Shown piece after piece: positions 44,399 to 53,005 of a DNA stretch of 64,000 nt. This DNA comes from Candidatus Micrarchaeota archaeon (GTDB lineage Archaea; Micrarchaeota; Micrarchaeia; Norongarragalinales; UBA97), in NCBI GenBank assembly GCA_016194335.1, contig JACQBR010000012.1, positions 5,448 through 69,447 on the forward strand. The letters are read 5' to 3'. A program made the position numbers and the translations under genes. A model generated the notes under the pieces. The model searched no databases and was not told the DNA's origin. It saw only the letters and a program-made list of their open reading frames with translations. How positions within the stretch are numbered: position 1 is the first letter of the stretch; each line of letters starts with the position of its first letter.

Positions 44399-45019
44399 AT
44401 GAACCTCAAAGAGAAGGTGAGGGCGGAAATATCAGACCGGCTCTTGGGCCCGGACGGAATTCCAGCCGTTGAAAAATCGGTTGCTTTCTTAGCCCATGAC
44501 TTGAACAAAAGAGGGCAGCTCCTCAATTCCTACCCCGGCGTATTGCTGCTGGGCGACTGGCATGGCGAGGAAGTGACGCTGGAATTTTTTGAAAGCGTGA
44601 AAGAAGAGCTTGTGCTCCACCATCACTGCAATGCCTTTACGCTAAACGACATCAAGGCAAAGATGGATGATGCAAGTGCGGATACCCCGGAGATAAGCAC
44701 CGCCCAAATCAGGGACAAGGGGCTTGACGAGGCCGATATCGTGCTGTGGGTGGATGGGGATGGGAAAGGCACGGTTTCCGAAAGCTCGGTAATTTGCGGA
44801 AACCCCGGCTGGAACTCCAAATGCTTCCCTCTTGTGAAAGGAAAGCCGCAAGACCACGAAACCATCCTGGCCAGCAAGGACTACCTCAAGGATTTCGACA
44901 ACGATATTATATACTATGATTCCATTGATGAATTGCGGGCCCTGCTGGTCCAGCGCGGGCAGCACGCTTCGAGAGTCTGGGTAAAAACCCAATTGGCGGG
45001 CGAGAGGACTGCGGATTGA
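44399..45019 (+). CDS. hypothetical protein
   Basis: Start moved to ATG 44399 (MNLKEKV...) because the track start at 44333 lies inside the repeat element. No motif recognised. Confidence 0.55.
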   Translation: MNLKEKVRAEISDRLLGPDGIPAVEKSVAFLAHDLNKRGQLLNSYPGVLLLGDWHGEEVTLEFFESVKEELVLHHHCNAFTLNDIKAKMDDASADTPEISTAQIRDKGLDEADIVLWVDGDGKGTVSESSVICGNPGWNSKCFPLVKGKPQDHETILASKDYLKDFDNDIIYYDSIDELRALLVQRGQHASRVWVKTQLAGERTAD

Positions 45020-45061
45020 AATCCTGCGGCGGATACGGAAAGGCTGCAAACGAATCGGCGG

Positions 45062-45340
45062 ATGAGGGGAATGGACGACAGAATCTTGCGGAACTGGGGA
45101 ACGGTCTTTTCTGACGTGGACTGCGTAAGGGTACTCTTATACCTGGCTAAATACAATCCCGACACCCAGCTGCAGGGCATACTGGACAAGCTGAAGCTTC
45201 CGAAGGAAAAGGTTGAAGCCGCGATAAACAAGCTCATTAGCGCACAGATGGTCGAGTTGAAGGATACCTCCTTCACGCTCAGGAAGCCGGCACTCATTGC
45301 CGTGGACAATTTCATTGAACTGACCGCCCTCACTGCATAG
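45062..45340 (+). CDS. small winged-helix DNA-binding protein
   Basis: 92 aa. VRVLLYLAKYNPDTQLQGILDKLKLPKEKVEAAINKLISAQMVEL resembles an ArsR/MarR-type wHTH. Confidence 0.55.
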   Translation: MRGMDDRILRNWGTVFSDVDCVRVLLYLAKYNPDTQLQGILDKLKLPKEKVEAAINKLISAQMVELKDTSFTLRKPALIAVDNFIELTALTA

Positions 45341-45376
45341 GCTGGCAAGCTTCAGCGGACCCGTAGAGTTGTTGAC

Positions 45377-45649
45377 ATGGTCGCCGAACTTCTCCTCATT
45401 CCCGCGTGGATTCTCGCAATCGTGGCGCTGCTTTTCGTCGCCGTCACCCTCTTCCTCGTCGCATCCGCGCGCAAGCTGCTTGAAAACACGGTCTTGGGCC
45501 TCATTGCGCTCCTTGTCATCAACCTGCTGGGAAAGTCCGTGGGGTTCACCATTGGAATCAACTTCGTCTCCATCGCCGTCACGGCAATCCTCGGCCTCGC
45601 GGGAGTGGGCCTGCTCATCCTCCTGCACATCGCGGGAATCAAGCCGTGA
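45377..45649 (+). CDS. small membrane protein, BofA-like
   Basis: 90 aa with hydrophobic helices and GLIALLVINLLGKSVGFTIGINFVSIAVTAILGLAGVGLLILL, reminiscent of the BofA family (from memory). Confidence 0.5.
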   Translation: MVAELLLIPAWILAIVALLFVAVTLFLVASARKLLENTVLGLIALLVINLLGKSVGFTIGINFVSIAVTAILGLAGVGLLILLHIAGIKP

Positions 45650-45987
45650 GTGGGGCAAATGAACTTTTCAGGCAATAAAATGAAAATGCCGATTCGCAAG
45701 ATTCGTTCAACGCCTGCGGAAGCCGCGGGGCAATCGCAACGTCCCAGCGGGGCGAACAATGCGCGTCCGGCCTCGCGCCAAACCCCCTAGATAAAACCGC
45801 CCGCTTCCAACATTGGGGCGCTGCTATTGGCCCTCAAGACGCGGGAGAGGGTGCGGCTTGCCGAGGCAAGGGCGGGATGACGGCGCGGCCTTTTCCATTA
45901 TCCCATTCCCATAACGGCACCCCCCCAAGCTATTTTTAAAACTCCATTGCCAATAAGTTAGCCGTGTCACTGCATTTTCTCGCCGCA

Positions 45988-47001
45988 ATGAACAAATCAA
46001 GGACTGCGGAAGAATTCATCGAAAATCACCTCGTCCGGGGATTGGAGGGAGGGACTCCCCACCCGACGACGCAGCGCTCGTGCAGCAACAGGTACGTCAA
46101 AAAACTGGATGGGATGCTTCGCGACCCGGAGGGGCAGGGCAGGAAGTTGCGCGAGATAATGTTCATCAACAGGGAAACCGGGGGAAAATGCCTTTTCGGC
46201 ATTGAGCGGACGGTGTGGCTGGACCCGGAAATCATACGGAACCACGACGGGGCGCGGCATACGCAGCCGTTCGTGAGGCTGTTTAACAACGTGCGGCTCA
46301 ACATCCCTTCGATCGATTGGGAAAACTGCGCGAGGCACACGGGCATTTTGAGATACCCGCACGGGAACCTCAACCAATCTGGCGGGGAGAGGACGGCCGG
46401 GCGCGCAAGCGGCGGGGACTCCGGCCATCCCAAGAGCGTGTCGGAAGCGATTGCAATTCCCGCCGGCAACATCGCACACTGGCCCGGCGTGAGATTCAGC
46501 GCAAACCGCCCGGAACTTGCCATTGCCGAAGTCGGGGGAAGCGCATTCGAGAGGCTTAGGGAACTGGGAGAGCCGATGGACTTTCTGGCCATTTACCGCG
46601 ATTCGATATCGCTGCTTGGAAAAAACCGCAGCGCGATAGGTTATGCCAGGTCCTTTGCGTTGCCCGAAGACGCAAAACATCTATTCGGCCCCTCGGGCGA
46701 ACTCAAGAGGGGAATAGACCCGTTGGACTACTTCCTCAAACGCTACGCAAATTACGAAACGCTCGTCTCCCGGCTTGCCACGATCGCAACCAACCCCAAG
46801 TTCACGGAAAGGAAGAAAATCCGGATCATGGACACGGAACTGATGGTAGAAGACGTGTCGAAAGCCATCTCTGCCAACACTGGACTGAAGGGAGGCGGGG
46901 CTGACGCCGAGGCCAACAGGACATTCCCCCTGATGATAAGAAACGGGGGGGCCCACGCCAAGAAACTGGCTGAGAGGATCAAACAGCTGCTCAGAGCTTA
47001 G
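45988..47001 (+). CDS. hypothetical protein
   Basis: ATG 45988 (MNKSRTAEEF...); the track starts at GTG 45964. No recognisable motif. Confidence 0.55.
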   Translation: MNKSRTAEEFIENHLVRGLEGGTPHPTTQRSCSNRYVKKLDGMLRDPEGQGRKLREIMFINRETGGKCLFGIERTVWLDPEIIRNHDGARHTQPFVRLFNNVRLNIPSIDWENCARHTGILRYPHGNLNQSGGERTAGRASGGDSGHPKSVSEAIAIPAGNIAHWPGVRFSANRPELAIAEVGGSAFERLRELGEPMDFLAIYRDSISLLGKNRSAIGYARSFALPEDAKHLFGPSGELKRGIDPLDYFLKRYANYETLVSRLATIATNPKFTERKKIRIMDTELMVEDVSKAISANTGLKGGGADAEANRTFPLMIRNGGAHAKKLAERIKQLLRA

Positions 47002-47044
47002 ATGAACTCCGCCAAGCTCGCGGAAAATGCGCGCCGGGAAACCC

Positions 47045-50000
47045 CTATATGAACTCCGCCAGACTGACCTGCTTCTGCTCCTCGTTGTCGAAGATGCTCG
47101 CTATTTCCTTCTCGACAAGGACGAGGCGCTGGCGCAGGTAGTTGGGAAGCCCGTGCTTCTCCACCATCTGCTTTGAGATTCTGAGGTATTTCTCAATCCC
47201 GCCGCGGTTGATGGTGAGCAGGAGCTTGCCGTGGCACTTGAGGCACTTGCCAACGAGGGGCACGCGGCGGAATTTCGCGTTGCAGTCCACGCAGCGGAAC
47301 GACTGGCGCGAGAACGAGCGCAGGTTGCCGTAGAGGTCGGGAAAGAAATGCGAAAGCAGAATCCTTTCAGCCGCGCCGGGGGCGTCAACCGCGCGGATGC
47401 GCTCCATCAGTTCGATTTCCTTCTCCACCTTCTCCGCCATGTTGCCAAGCGTGACGTAAGAGCTCTGCACGCACGCGCCCTCAAGCGACGCGGCGTGGGT
47501 GAAACCCAGCCCCTCGAACTGCGCTTCCGTGCCCAGCCGCGTTGAAACGGTGTCGAGCTTCACTTCGGAAGGCGATGCGAACCGCAGGCTCGCGCGGTAG
47601 AACTCGAGGGGATAGCTGAAGCAAACGTCCATCGCGTGGACCTCGTCATCCACCTCGGTGGGGTCAAGCTCGACGGTAAGCACGAGCGGCGCGTCCATCT
47701 TCCCCCCGCGCGATTCGGGAAGGTATGTCTTGGAAAAGTTGAGGAGCGCGTCGAGGGAAAGCATGACCGCCAATTCATCGCCGTCGCAATTACGCCGTGT
47801 TGCGCAATGCAAATACGGGTGGGCGATAAGCGCGCGCGCCTTGCAGAAGCCGATGAGGCGGCAGGCGATTGCAGCGCTCGTGTGGGGCGCGAGGGCCATC
47901 AGCTGGATTCCGACGAGGTCGGCGGCTGTTGACGCGTTGTAGAAGGCCGGGAGGCCGTAGAACTTTTCGAGAAGGTCGTCCACGAATTGCGAGAGGGAAA
48001 GGAAATACCCGGCGGCGGACTCGTTGAGGATGACGTCCTGGGGCCGCAGCTCGAAAACCTGGCTGGCGCCCACCAGGTCGTTTCCCAAGTAATCCTTCGC
48101 GTAGCCGAGCTCGCGGAGCTTCTCAACTGGCGTGCCGCAGTCGCGGGGCGTGAAGTGCGTTGCGGGAATTTCGGTTGCGTCAAAACGCCCCGTCCCGTCG
48201 CGGAACACCGTCACGCCGTGCTTCGCCCGCAGCACGCCCTTTTCCAGAGGTTCGGGGGTCTTGCTCAATGAAATGAGCCCCATCACGGCCTTCACTTCCT
48301 CCGGCCGGCAATTCACCGCGTCGCACGCGGCCTTGAACTCGCTCGGCAGGGCGACGGGCTGCATTCCCGCGGGCTCGCCCTTGCCCCCGCACTTGCACGA
48401 CTCCTGGGAAAAGAGAAAGAGCGCGCCGCACTTGGAGCATTTCCTCGCGGGCAGGGTGTGCGCCCCGCATTGGATGCACCTGTTCTTCCAGTTTCCCGCG
48501 GCGCCGCACTTGCCGCACGCGCGGTAGTTCACTTCCACCTCGAGCTTTTCAGTCCCGTCGGAAATCATGCGCACCGCCTTGACCACGCTTCGGATTTTCC
48601 CGCCGTGAAGCCCTATTGGAAAGAGTGAGTTGACCGGCGGCTTCATCTTCCGGGGCTTGGCCTTCTCCGGCCGTCCCATGCTTGAGCCGATGTAAATGCC
48701 GGCCTTTGCCATCACCTTAATTCCGGAATGCTCGTTGGCGAAATCAAGCCCGCTTTTCTCCAATGCGGAGCCTGCGGAATCCACGGGCTTGATTGGAAAG
48801 ATTTTCCTCTTCCCAACAATTTCCCTCCCAACAATCCCCTTCCCTCCAATTTCCTTCACTTCAATAGGCTCTTCACTCGCGGCGAGGCCCAGGCTGGCCA
48901 GAAGCGCGGCCGAATCGTCGCCGGAAAAGGAGATTTCCTCCCCGGCCACGGAATGGGGAATGCAAAGCGTTTCAAGAATCGTCTTGCAGGCGGGGTCGGA
49001 ATTGGCAATCCTGAGGATGTTGGCGGGGGTGTCCAGACTGCCGTTTAGCGTGATGAAGTCTGCAACCTTTGCCGCGTCGAGGTAGGCAATGTCGTGCCAG
49101 AAGTAGGTGAAGCTGGGGGAAAGCGCAACGCCCGTCTTCCTGGAAAGTTCTATTGCCTCGTGCGCGGACATCGCGCGGACCTCCCCAACGCTTTTTTTCA
49201 CCCCGAGGGCCTCAAGTTCCTGCGCGTGCCACTCTTCGCAATAGCCGCTTGGCACGAGGAGGTGGTTGGCCTTGGAGAAATCGCCGTAGTTGCAGAGGAG
49301 GTCGCCGAGGAAAAGTATTTTCGAGACGCTTCCAGCAAGCGAGCGCGCCTGGCCTATGCTCTCCACCCGCACGACGCTGCCGTCAAAAAGGCGGACAACC
49401 GGCGGCTCAAGCTCGGCGCACGGGGTGATGACGGCGCCCTTGCCGGGACGCTCGATTTTCAGTTGCGTCCCCACTGCGGGAAACTCGCCGAGAATTTCCA
49501 TCGCCGCGGGGTGGATGGCCTTCGACGCGATTCCGGTAAGTGGCGTGCGGCCGTAGCGCAGACGGAAACCGCCGGGCCGCATGGGGTAGGAGAAGATTGG
49601 CCTGCCGGCGACAATCTCGTCCATGTATTTGGTGATTGGCTTTATCTCGGTTTTTTTCGAGTCCTGCTTGCTGACCTTGATGATTTTCTCAAGCCACGCC
49701 CAATCGAGGCCCTGCTTCCTGGAAATTTTCAGCACCTTCGCCGCCTTGAGGCAGAGGCCTTCGGACATCACCAGCGCCACTCCGCTGCGCACCTTGTTCG
49801 TCACCGTTTCCTGCACGACTTTCCCCGTCCCGTCCACCGTGCTGACCTTGAGGTCCTTTTTCACCGACACCTCATAGTCCTCGCTCGGCTCGCCGTCGAT
49901 GCATACGGGGCAGTTGCTTGCGATGTGGCGGATTTCCTCCTCGGTCGGCACGTACTGGCCCGCGCGCGTCTTGCGCGAGTAGAGGAAAATCTCCTCAACA

Positions 50001-50569
50001 TAGCGGTCGAGCTCGTCTTGGGTCGGGCGGTAATCGCCAATCCGGGCAATCTGGCGGCAGTAATCGGCAATGAGGAGCACCATCGCCTGTCCCGTGCCGC
50101 CAGCGCCGCGGATGGGCCCGGCAAAGCTCACGGCAAGGTAATCGCTCCCGTCGGGGTTTTTCCGAAGCGCAACGCGGCTCACGCCCTCGATGGGCGCGGA
50201 CACCACCCCTTCGGTGACAATCGCGAGGCCCGTGCGCACGGCCTGGTCGAGGCGGGCGACTTTCTCCCTCGCGCCCGTCGACTCGCCCATCCTCACCTCG
50301 CCGGCAAGCATTATTTCCTTCGCGATTTCAAAAGCCGCCGCGTCGCGGGGCCTGATGGCGCACACTTCGCGAATCCGCTCCGCAATCCCCGGCGGGCCCA
50401 CGAGCCCCTCCACCCGCGAGGCCACGTCGCGCGCCGGTGCGATTTCGACAAACTCCTCCGGGTCCAAACCCTGGCCGCGGGCCTTCTTCGCGACTTCGTA
50501 GGCAAGGTCGAAATTGGACTTCAGCTCGTCGAAATACGACCTGATGGCGGGGGAGGCGGGGTTGGGCAT
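47045..50569 (-). CDS. polC: DNA polymerase D (II) large subunit DP2
   Basis: N-terminus YFDELKSNFDLAYEVAKKARGQGLDPEEFVEIAPARDVASRVEGLVGPPGIAERIRE. Zn-finger clusters CGKCGAAGNWKNRCIQCG...CSKCG and CVDCNAKFRRVPLVGKCLKCHGKL. ATG at 50569 is preferred over GTG 50584. Confidence 0.95.
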   Translation of the reverse strand: MPNPASPAIRSYFDELKSNFDLAYEVAKKARGQGLDPEEFVEIAPARDVASRVEGLVGPPGIAERIREVCAIRPRDAAAFEIAKEIMLAGEVRMGESTGAREKVARLDQAVRTGLAIVTEGVVSAPIEGVSRVALRKNPDGSDYLAVSFAGPIRGAGGTGQAMVLLIADYCRQIARIGDYRPTQDELDRYVEEIFLYSRKTRAGQYVPTEEEIRHIASNCPVCIDGEPSEDYEVSVKKDLKVSTVDGTGKVVQETVTNKVRSGVALVMSEGLCLKAAKVLKISRKQGLDWAWLEKIIKVSKQDSKKTEIKPITKYMDEIVAGRPIFSYPMRPGGFRLRYGRTPLTGIASKAIHPAAMEILGEFPAVGTQLKIERPGKGAVITPCAELEPPVVRLFDGSVVRVESIGQARSLAGSVSKILFLGDLLCNYGDFSKANHLLVPSGYCEEWHAQELEALGVKKSVGEVRAMSAHEAIELSRKTGVALSPSFTYFWHDIAYLDAAKVADFITLNGSLDTPANILRIANSDPACKTILETLCIPHSVAGEEISFSGDDSAALLASLGLAASEEPIEVKEIGGKGIVGREIVGKRKIFPIKPVDSAGSALEKSGLDFANEHSGIKVMAKAGIYIGSSMGRPEKAKPRKMKPPVNSLFPIGLHGGKIRSVVKAVRMISDGTEKLEVEVNYRACGKCGAAGNWKNRCIQCGAHTLPARKCSKCGALFLFSQESCKCGGKGEPAGMQPVALPSEFKAACDAVNCRPEEVKAVMGLISLSKTPEPLEKGVLRAKHGVTVFRDGTGRFDATEIPATHFTPRDCGTPVEKLRELGYAKDYLGNDLVGASQVFELRPQDVILNESAAGYFLSLSQFVDDLLEKFYGLPAFYNASTAADLVGIQLMALAPHTSAAIACRLIGFCKARALIAHPYLHCATRRNCDGDELAVMLSLDALLNFSKTYLPESRGGKMDAPLVLTVELDPTEVDDEVHAMDVCFSYPLEFYRASLRFASPSEVKLDTVSTRLGTEAQFEGLGFTHAASLEGACVQSSYVTLGNMAEKVEKEIELMERIRAVDAPGAAERILLSHFFPDLYGNLRSFSRQSFRCVDCNAKFRRVPLVGKCLKCHGKLLLTINRGGIEKYLRISKQMVEKHGLPNYLRQRLVLVEKEIASIFDNEEQKQVSLAEFI

Positions 50570-50580
50570 CGTAAATGAAA

Positions 50581-51525
50581 TCACTTTTCGGCATTATTGC
50601 TTGCGGCAAGTTGGGAAACGAGGGCGTGGAGAAATCTTGCGTGCTGGTGCGATTCCGCAAGTGCAGTGCGGCGAATGGGCGAGGCCTGCAGGCCCATGAT
50701 TTCCAGCTCCCCCACGCCCAGCGCCCGGAGGGCGTTCCAATGCTTTCCGGCAGACGGCGAATTGTAGCCGAAGGAGAATGGCAGGCGGACCGCAAGTCCA
50801 TGGTGCGCCCCCGAGATTTTCGGCAACTTACTGCGGTTTTTCTGGATTTCCTCCAAGAATTCGGAAAACTTTTTGGGGTCCAACCCGCCGACAAGCGTGA
50901 TTAACCCCCGGGGGGGAAGGAAAATCACGGGTTCCCCTGTTGCCTTCTGCGCCGATTCGACTATGTCCCGCATCTCCGCGGGTCCGACAACCAGCACGGG
51001 CTGGTTTGCCCTTTCCTTTTCGAATGCAAATACCTTCACGACGAATTGCGGGGCGTGGGGCAGGCCATCAATTGCGCCATCAATTGCCTTAAGGTCGGGA
51101 TAAACCGTTTCACCCAGATTTTCCTTAACCGCCTTGCCCCACAATTGCCATTGGGAATCTGTCAGGTCGGGGTAGCCGGGGCGGTCCCTGGAAAGGATGG
51201 TAGAAATCTGCCCTCCAACGGCCCTGCCATCCCTCTTGCTGAAACCGGCAACATTCGCACTCCCTTCCTTAAGGCTCTCGGCCAGCCGCCTTACATCCTC
51301 CCACATTCTGCGAAGCGACCTGGGGTTTGCGGGAGAATAGCCGCTTAGAAAAGCCGCATTCCCGAAATGCCGGTGAAGGGGAGTGCCGTCAACCCGAGTT
51401 TCGAAAACCCTTTCCATAAGCTGGCTGCCGGCATTGTGGTCAACCCCCATCACCAGCACTTGCGGCTTGCGCCGCCCAAGCCTTCCCTCGATTTCTATTG
51501 GATGGGATACGTTGCGAAAATGCAT
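50581..51525 (-). CDS. hypothetical protein tightly linked upstream of polD-large
   Basis: Start chosen at ATG 51525 (MHFRNVSHPIEIEG...), 10 nt after the NUDIX stop. The stop lies 11 nt before the DP2 ATG (or overlaps the GTG). No motif recognised. Confidence 0.6.
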   Translation of the reverse strand: MHFRNVSHPIEIEGRLGRRKPQVLVMGVDHNAGSQLMERVFETRVDGTPLHRHFGNAAFLSGYSPANPRSLRRMWEDVRRLAESLKEGSANVAGFSKRDGRAVGGQISTILSRDRPGYPDLTDSQWQLWGKAVKENLGETVYPDLKAIDGAIDGLPHAPQFVVKVFAFEKERANQPVLVVGPAEMRDIVESAQKATGEPVIFLPPRGLITLVGGLDPKKFSEFLEEIQKNRSKLPKISGAHHGLAVRLPFSFGYNSPSAGKHWNALRALGVGELEIMGLQASPIRRTALAESHQHARFLHALVSQLAASNNAEK

Positions 51526-51535
51526 CCGAGCCACC

Positions 51536-52054
51536 TTACCTCCCGATTGCGTCAAGCGCCTCGAACGCCCACTTGCGGGCCTCGCCGAAAATCTCGCTTT
51601 GGGGAATGGCAAGCAATTCTTCCCTTGAAAACCATTTAATCCCTGCCTCGCCGTGGCCCTCGGCATCAACAATTGCGTTGCCGCCCACAAGCTTTGCGAA
51701 ATAGACCAAGTCGATGTGGTAGTGCGTCCCCTTCTCGATTTGCTCAAGCTGGATGTGGTGGGGCTGGGGGATGAGCAATGTCTCGTTTTCGGGCACGATG
51801 CGCCTCATTTCGTTGCCGCCCTCCAACTCCACCTCGAGGCCCGTCTCTTCCCTCACCTCGCGAATGGCGCACTCGTGGGGCAGTTCGTTCTCCTCCAGAT
51901 GCCCGCCGGGAGGGAGCCACGACGGGATTTTCTTGTGGCGCAACAGAAGAACGCGCAGCTCGCCCCGCGAAGTGCCGACTATGTAAACGACCGTAACAAA
52001 GTGGCGCTGGACTTTGGTCCTGGGAATAAGTTCTTGACGCTGAACTGCGGCCAT
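51536..52054 (-). CDS. NUDIX hydrolase
   Basis: Nudix box GGHLEENELPHECAIREVREETGLEV. Confidence 0.85.
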   Translation of the reverse strand: MAAVQRQELIPRTKVQRHFVTVVYIVGTSRGELRVLLLRHKKIPSWLPPGGHLEENELPHECAIREVREETGLEVELEGGNEMRRIVPENETLLIPQPHHIQLEQIEKGTHYHIDLVYFAKLVGGNAIVDAEGHGEAGIKWFSREELLAIPQSEIFGEARKWAFEALDAIGR

Positions 52055-52078
52055 AGGAATAAGTTTTGGGGCGGAAGT

Positions 52079-52090
52079 GCTTTAAACGCC
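52079..52090 (-). promoter_or_regulatory. TATA-like box (tttaaag on the gene strand) for the NUDIX-X-polD unit
   Basis: Located 27-32 nt upstream of the ATG at 52054, consistent with a leaderless or short-leader archaeal promoter. Confidence 0.4.
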
Positions 52091-52204
52091 TGCCGCGCAC
52101 AAAAAACCAGCCCTTGTTCCGGGAACGGAATATTCAGCCCTTCCCACTTCCGCGGAAAATGGGGTGCGCGCGAAAAGGCTGCAGGCACCCCCCGTGGACT
52201 GCAA

Positions 52205-52999
52205 TCAACCTTTCTTTTCCGCCGCAAGGAACGCCTTTGAAATCACGGAAAGGGTTTCTTTCGAGTTTGCCGCAACCACGCTTGTTGAGCCGAACTGCCA
52301 CGGCTTTCCGCGGGCGTCGCCCGTCACGCCGCCGGCCTCTTCGACAATCACCTTGGCCGCGGCAAAGTCCCACGGCGTGCTTGAGGGGTTGACGTACGCG
52401 GCTGTCCGGCCGCAGGCGACGTACGCCGCCTCGAGCGAAGTGGAGCCGAAAGAGCGGAAGCGCCGCACCTGCTGCTGAAGTTTCTTCACCACATCGAGCA
52501 TGCGCATGGTCTTCTCGAAATTCTTGGAAAACGACATTCCTATCAGCGAATGGCGCAGCGGGCGTTCGGTCACGAAAATCCTCTTGCCGTTTAAGTAAGC
52601 GCCGCGGTTGCGCTCGGCGTAAAACATCTCGCCCAAAGTCGGGTCGTAAATCACGCCGACTTTCGGCTCGCCTCCCCGCGCGAGCGCGATTGAAACGCAG
52701 TAGGCGGGAATGCCGGCGACGTAATTCACCGTCCCGTCAAGGGGGTCCACAAGCCACTTGGCGCTCTTGCCAGTGTCGATTTCGTCCTTGAGCGCGCCTG
52801 ACTCCTCGCCCAGGATGTCGTGCTTGGGAAAGTTCCTGCGGATTTCGCCGGTGATGAACTTCTGGGACGAAAAGTCGGCCTTCGTCACCACGTCGCGAAG
52901 CCCCTTGGGCCTCTCCCCAACGTCCTTGCGGAAGCTTTTCTTAAGCATCTCCCCCGCGTGCTGGGCAGTTGCGATTGCGAATTTAAGCTCGTCGGACAT
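52205..52999 (-). CDS. suhB: inositol monophosphatase / FBPase family protein
   Basis: WLVDPLDGTVNY and WDFAAAKVIVEEAGG motifs. Confidence 0.85.
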   Translation of the reverse strand: MSDELKFAIATAQHAGEMLKKSFRKDVGERPKGLRDVVTKADFSSQKFITGEIRRNFPKHDILGEESGALKDEIDTGKSAKWLVDPLDGTVNYVAGIPAYCVSIALARGGEPKVGVIYDPTLGEMFYAERNRGAYLNGKRIFVTERPLRHSLIGMSFSKNFEKTMRMLDVVKKLQQQVRRFRSFGSTSLEAAYVACGRTAAYVNPSSTPWDFAAAKVIVEEAGGVTGDARGKPWQFGSTSVVAANSKETLSVISKAFLAAEKKG

Positions 53000-53005
53000 G
53001 GGAAA

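Noticed and set aside
45650-45963. The GC-rich, ORF-free 314-bp gap might hide a tRNA or other structured RNA.
   Set aside because: I could not find a T-loop (GTTCGAATC-like) sequence, an acceptor-stem pairing or another recognisable RNA signature. It needs a covariance-model scan.
47045-50569. A possible intein in PolD-large.
   Set aside because: The length (~1,175 aa) is normal for an intein-free DP2, and no intein block motifs are visible.
49094-50578. A 494-aa ORF lies antisense to polD-large. Similar long antisense ORFs occur at 26077-26826, 39259-40071, 54026-54847 and 59490-60311.
   Set aside because: Each opposes a gene with unmistakable conserved motifs. Their products are low-complexity and R/G/A-rich, so they are shadow ORFs.
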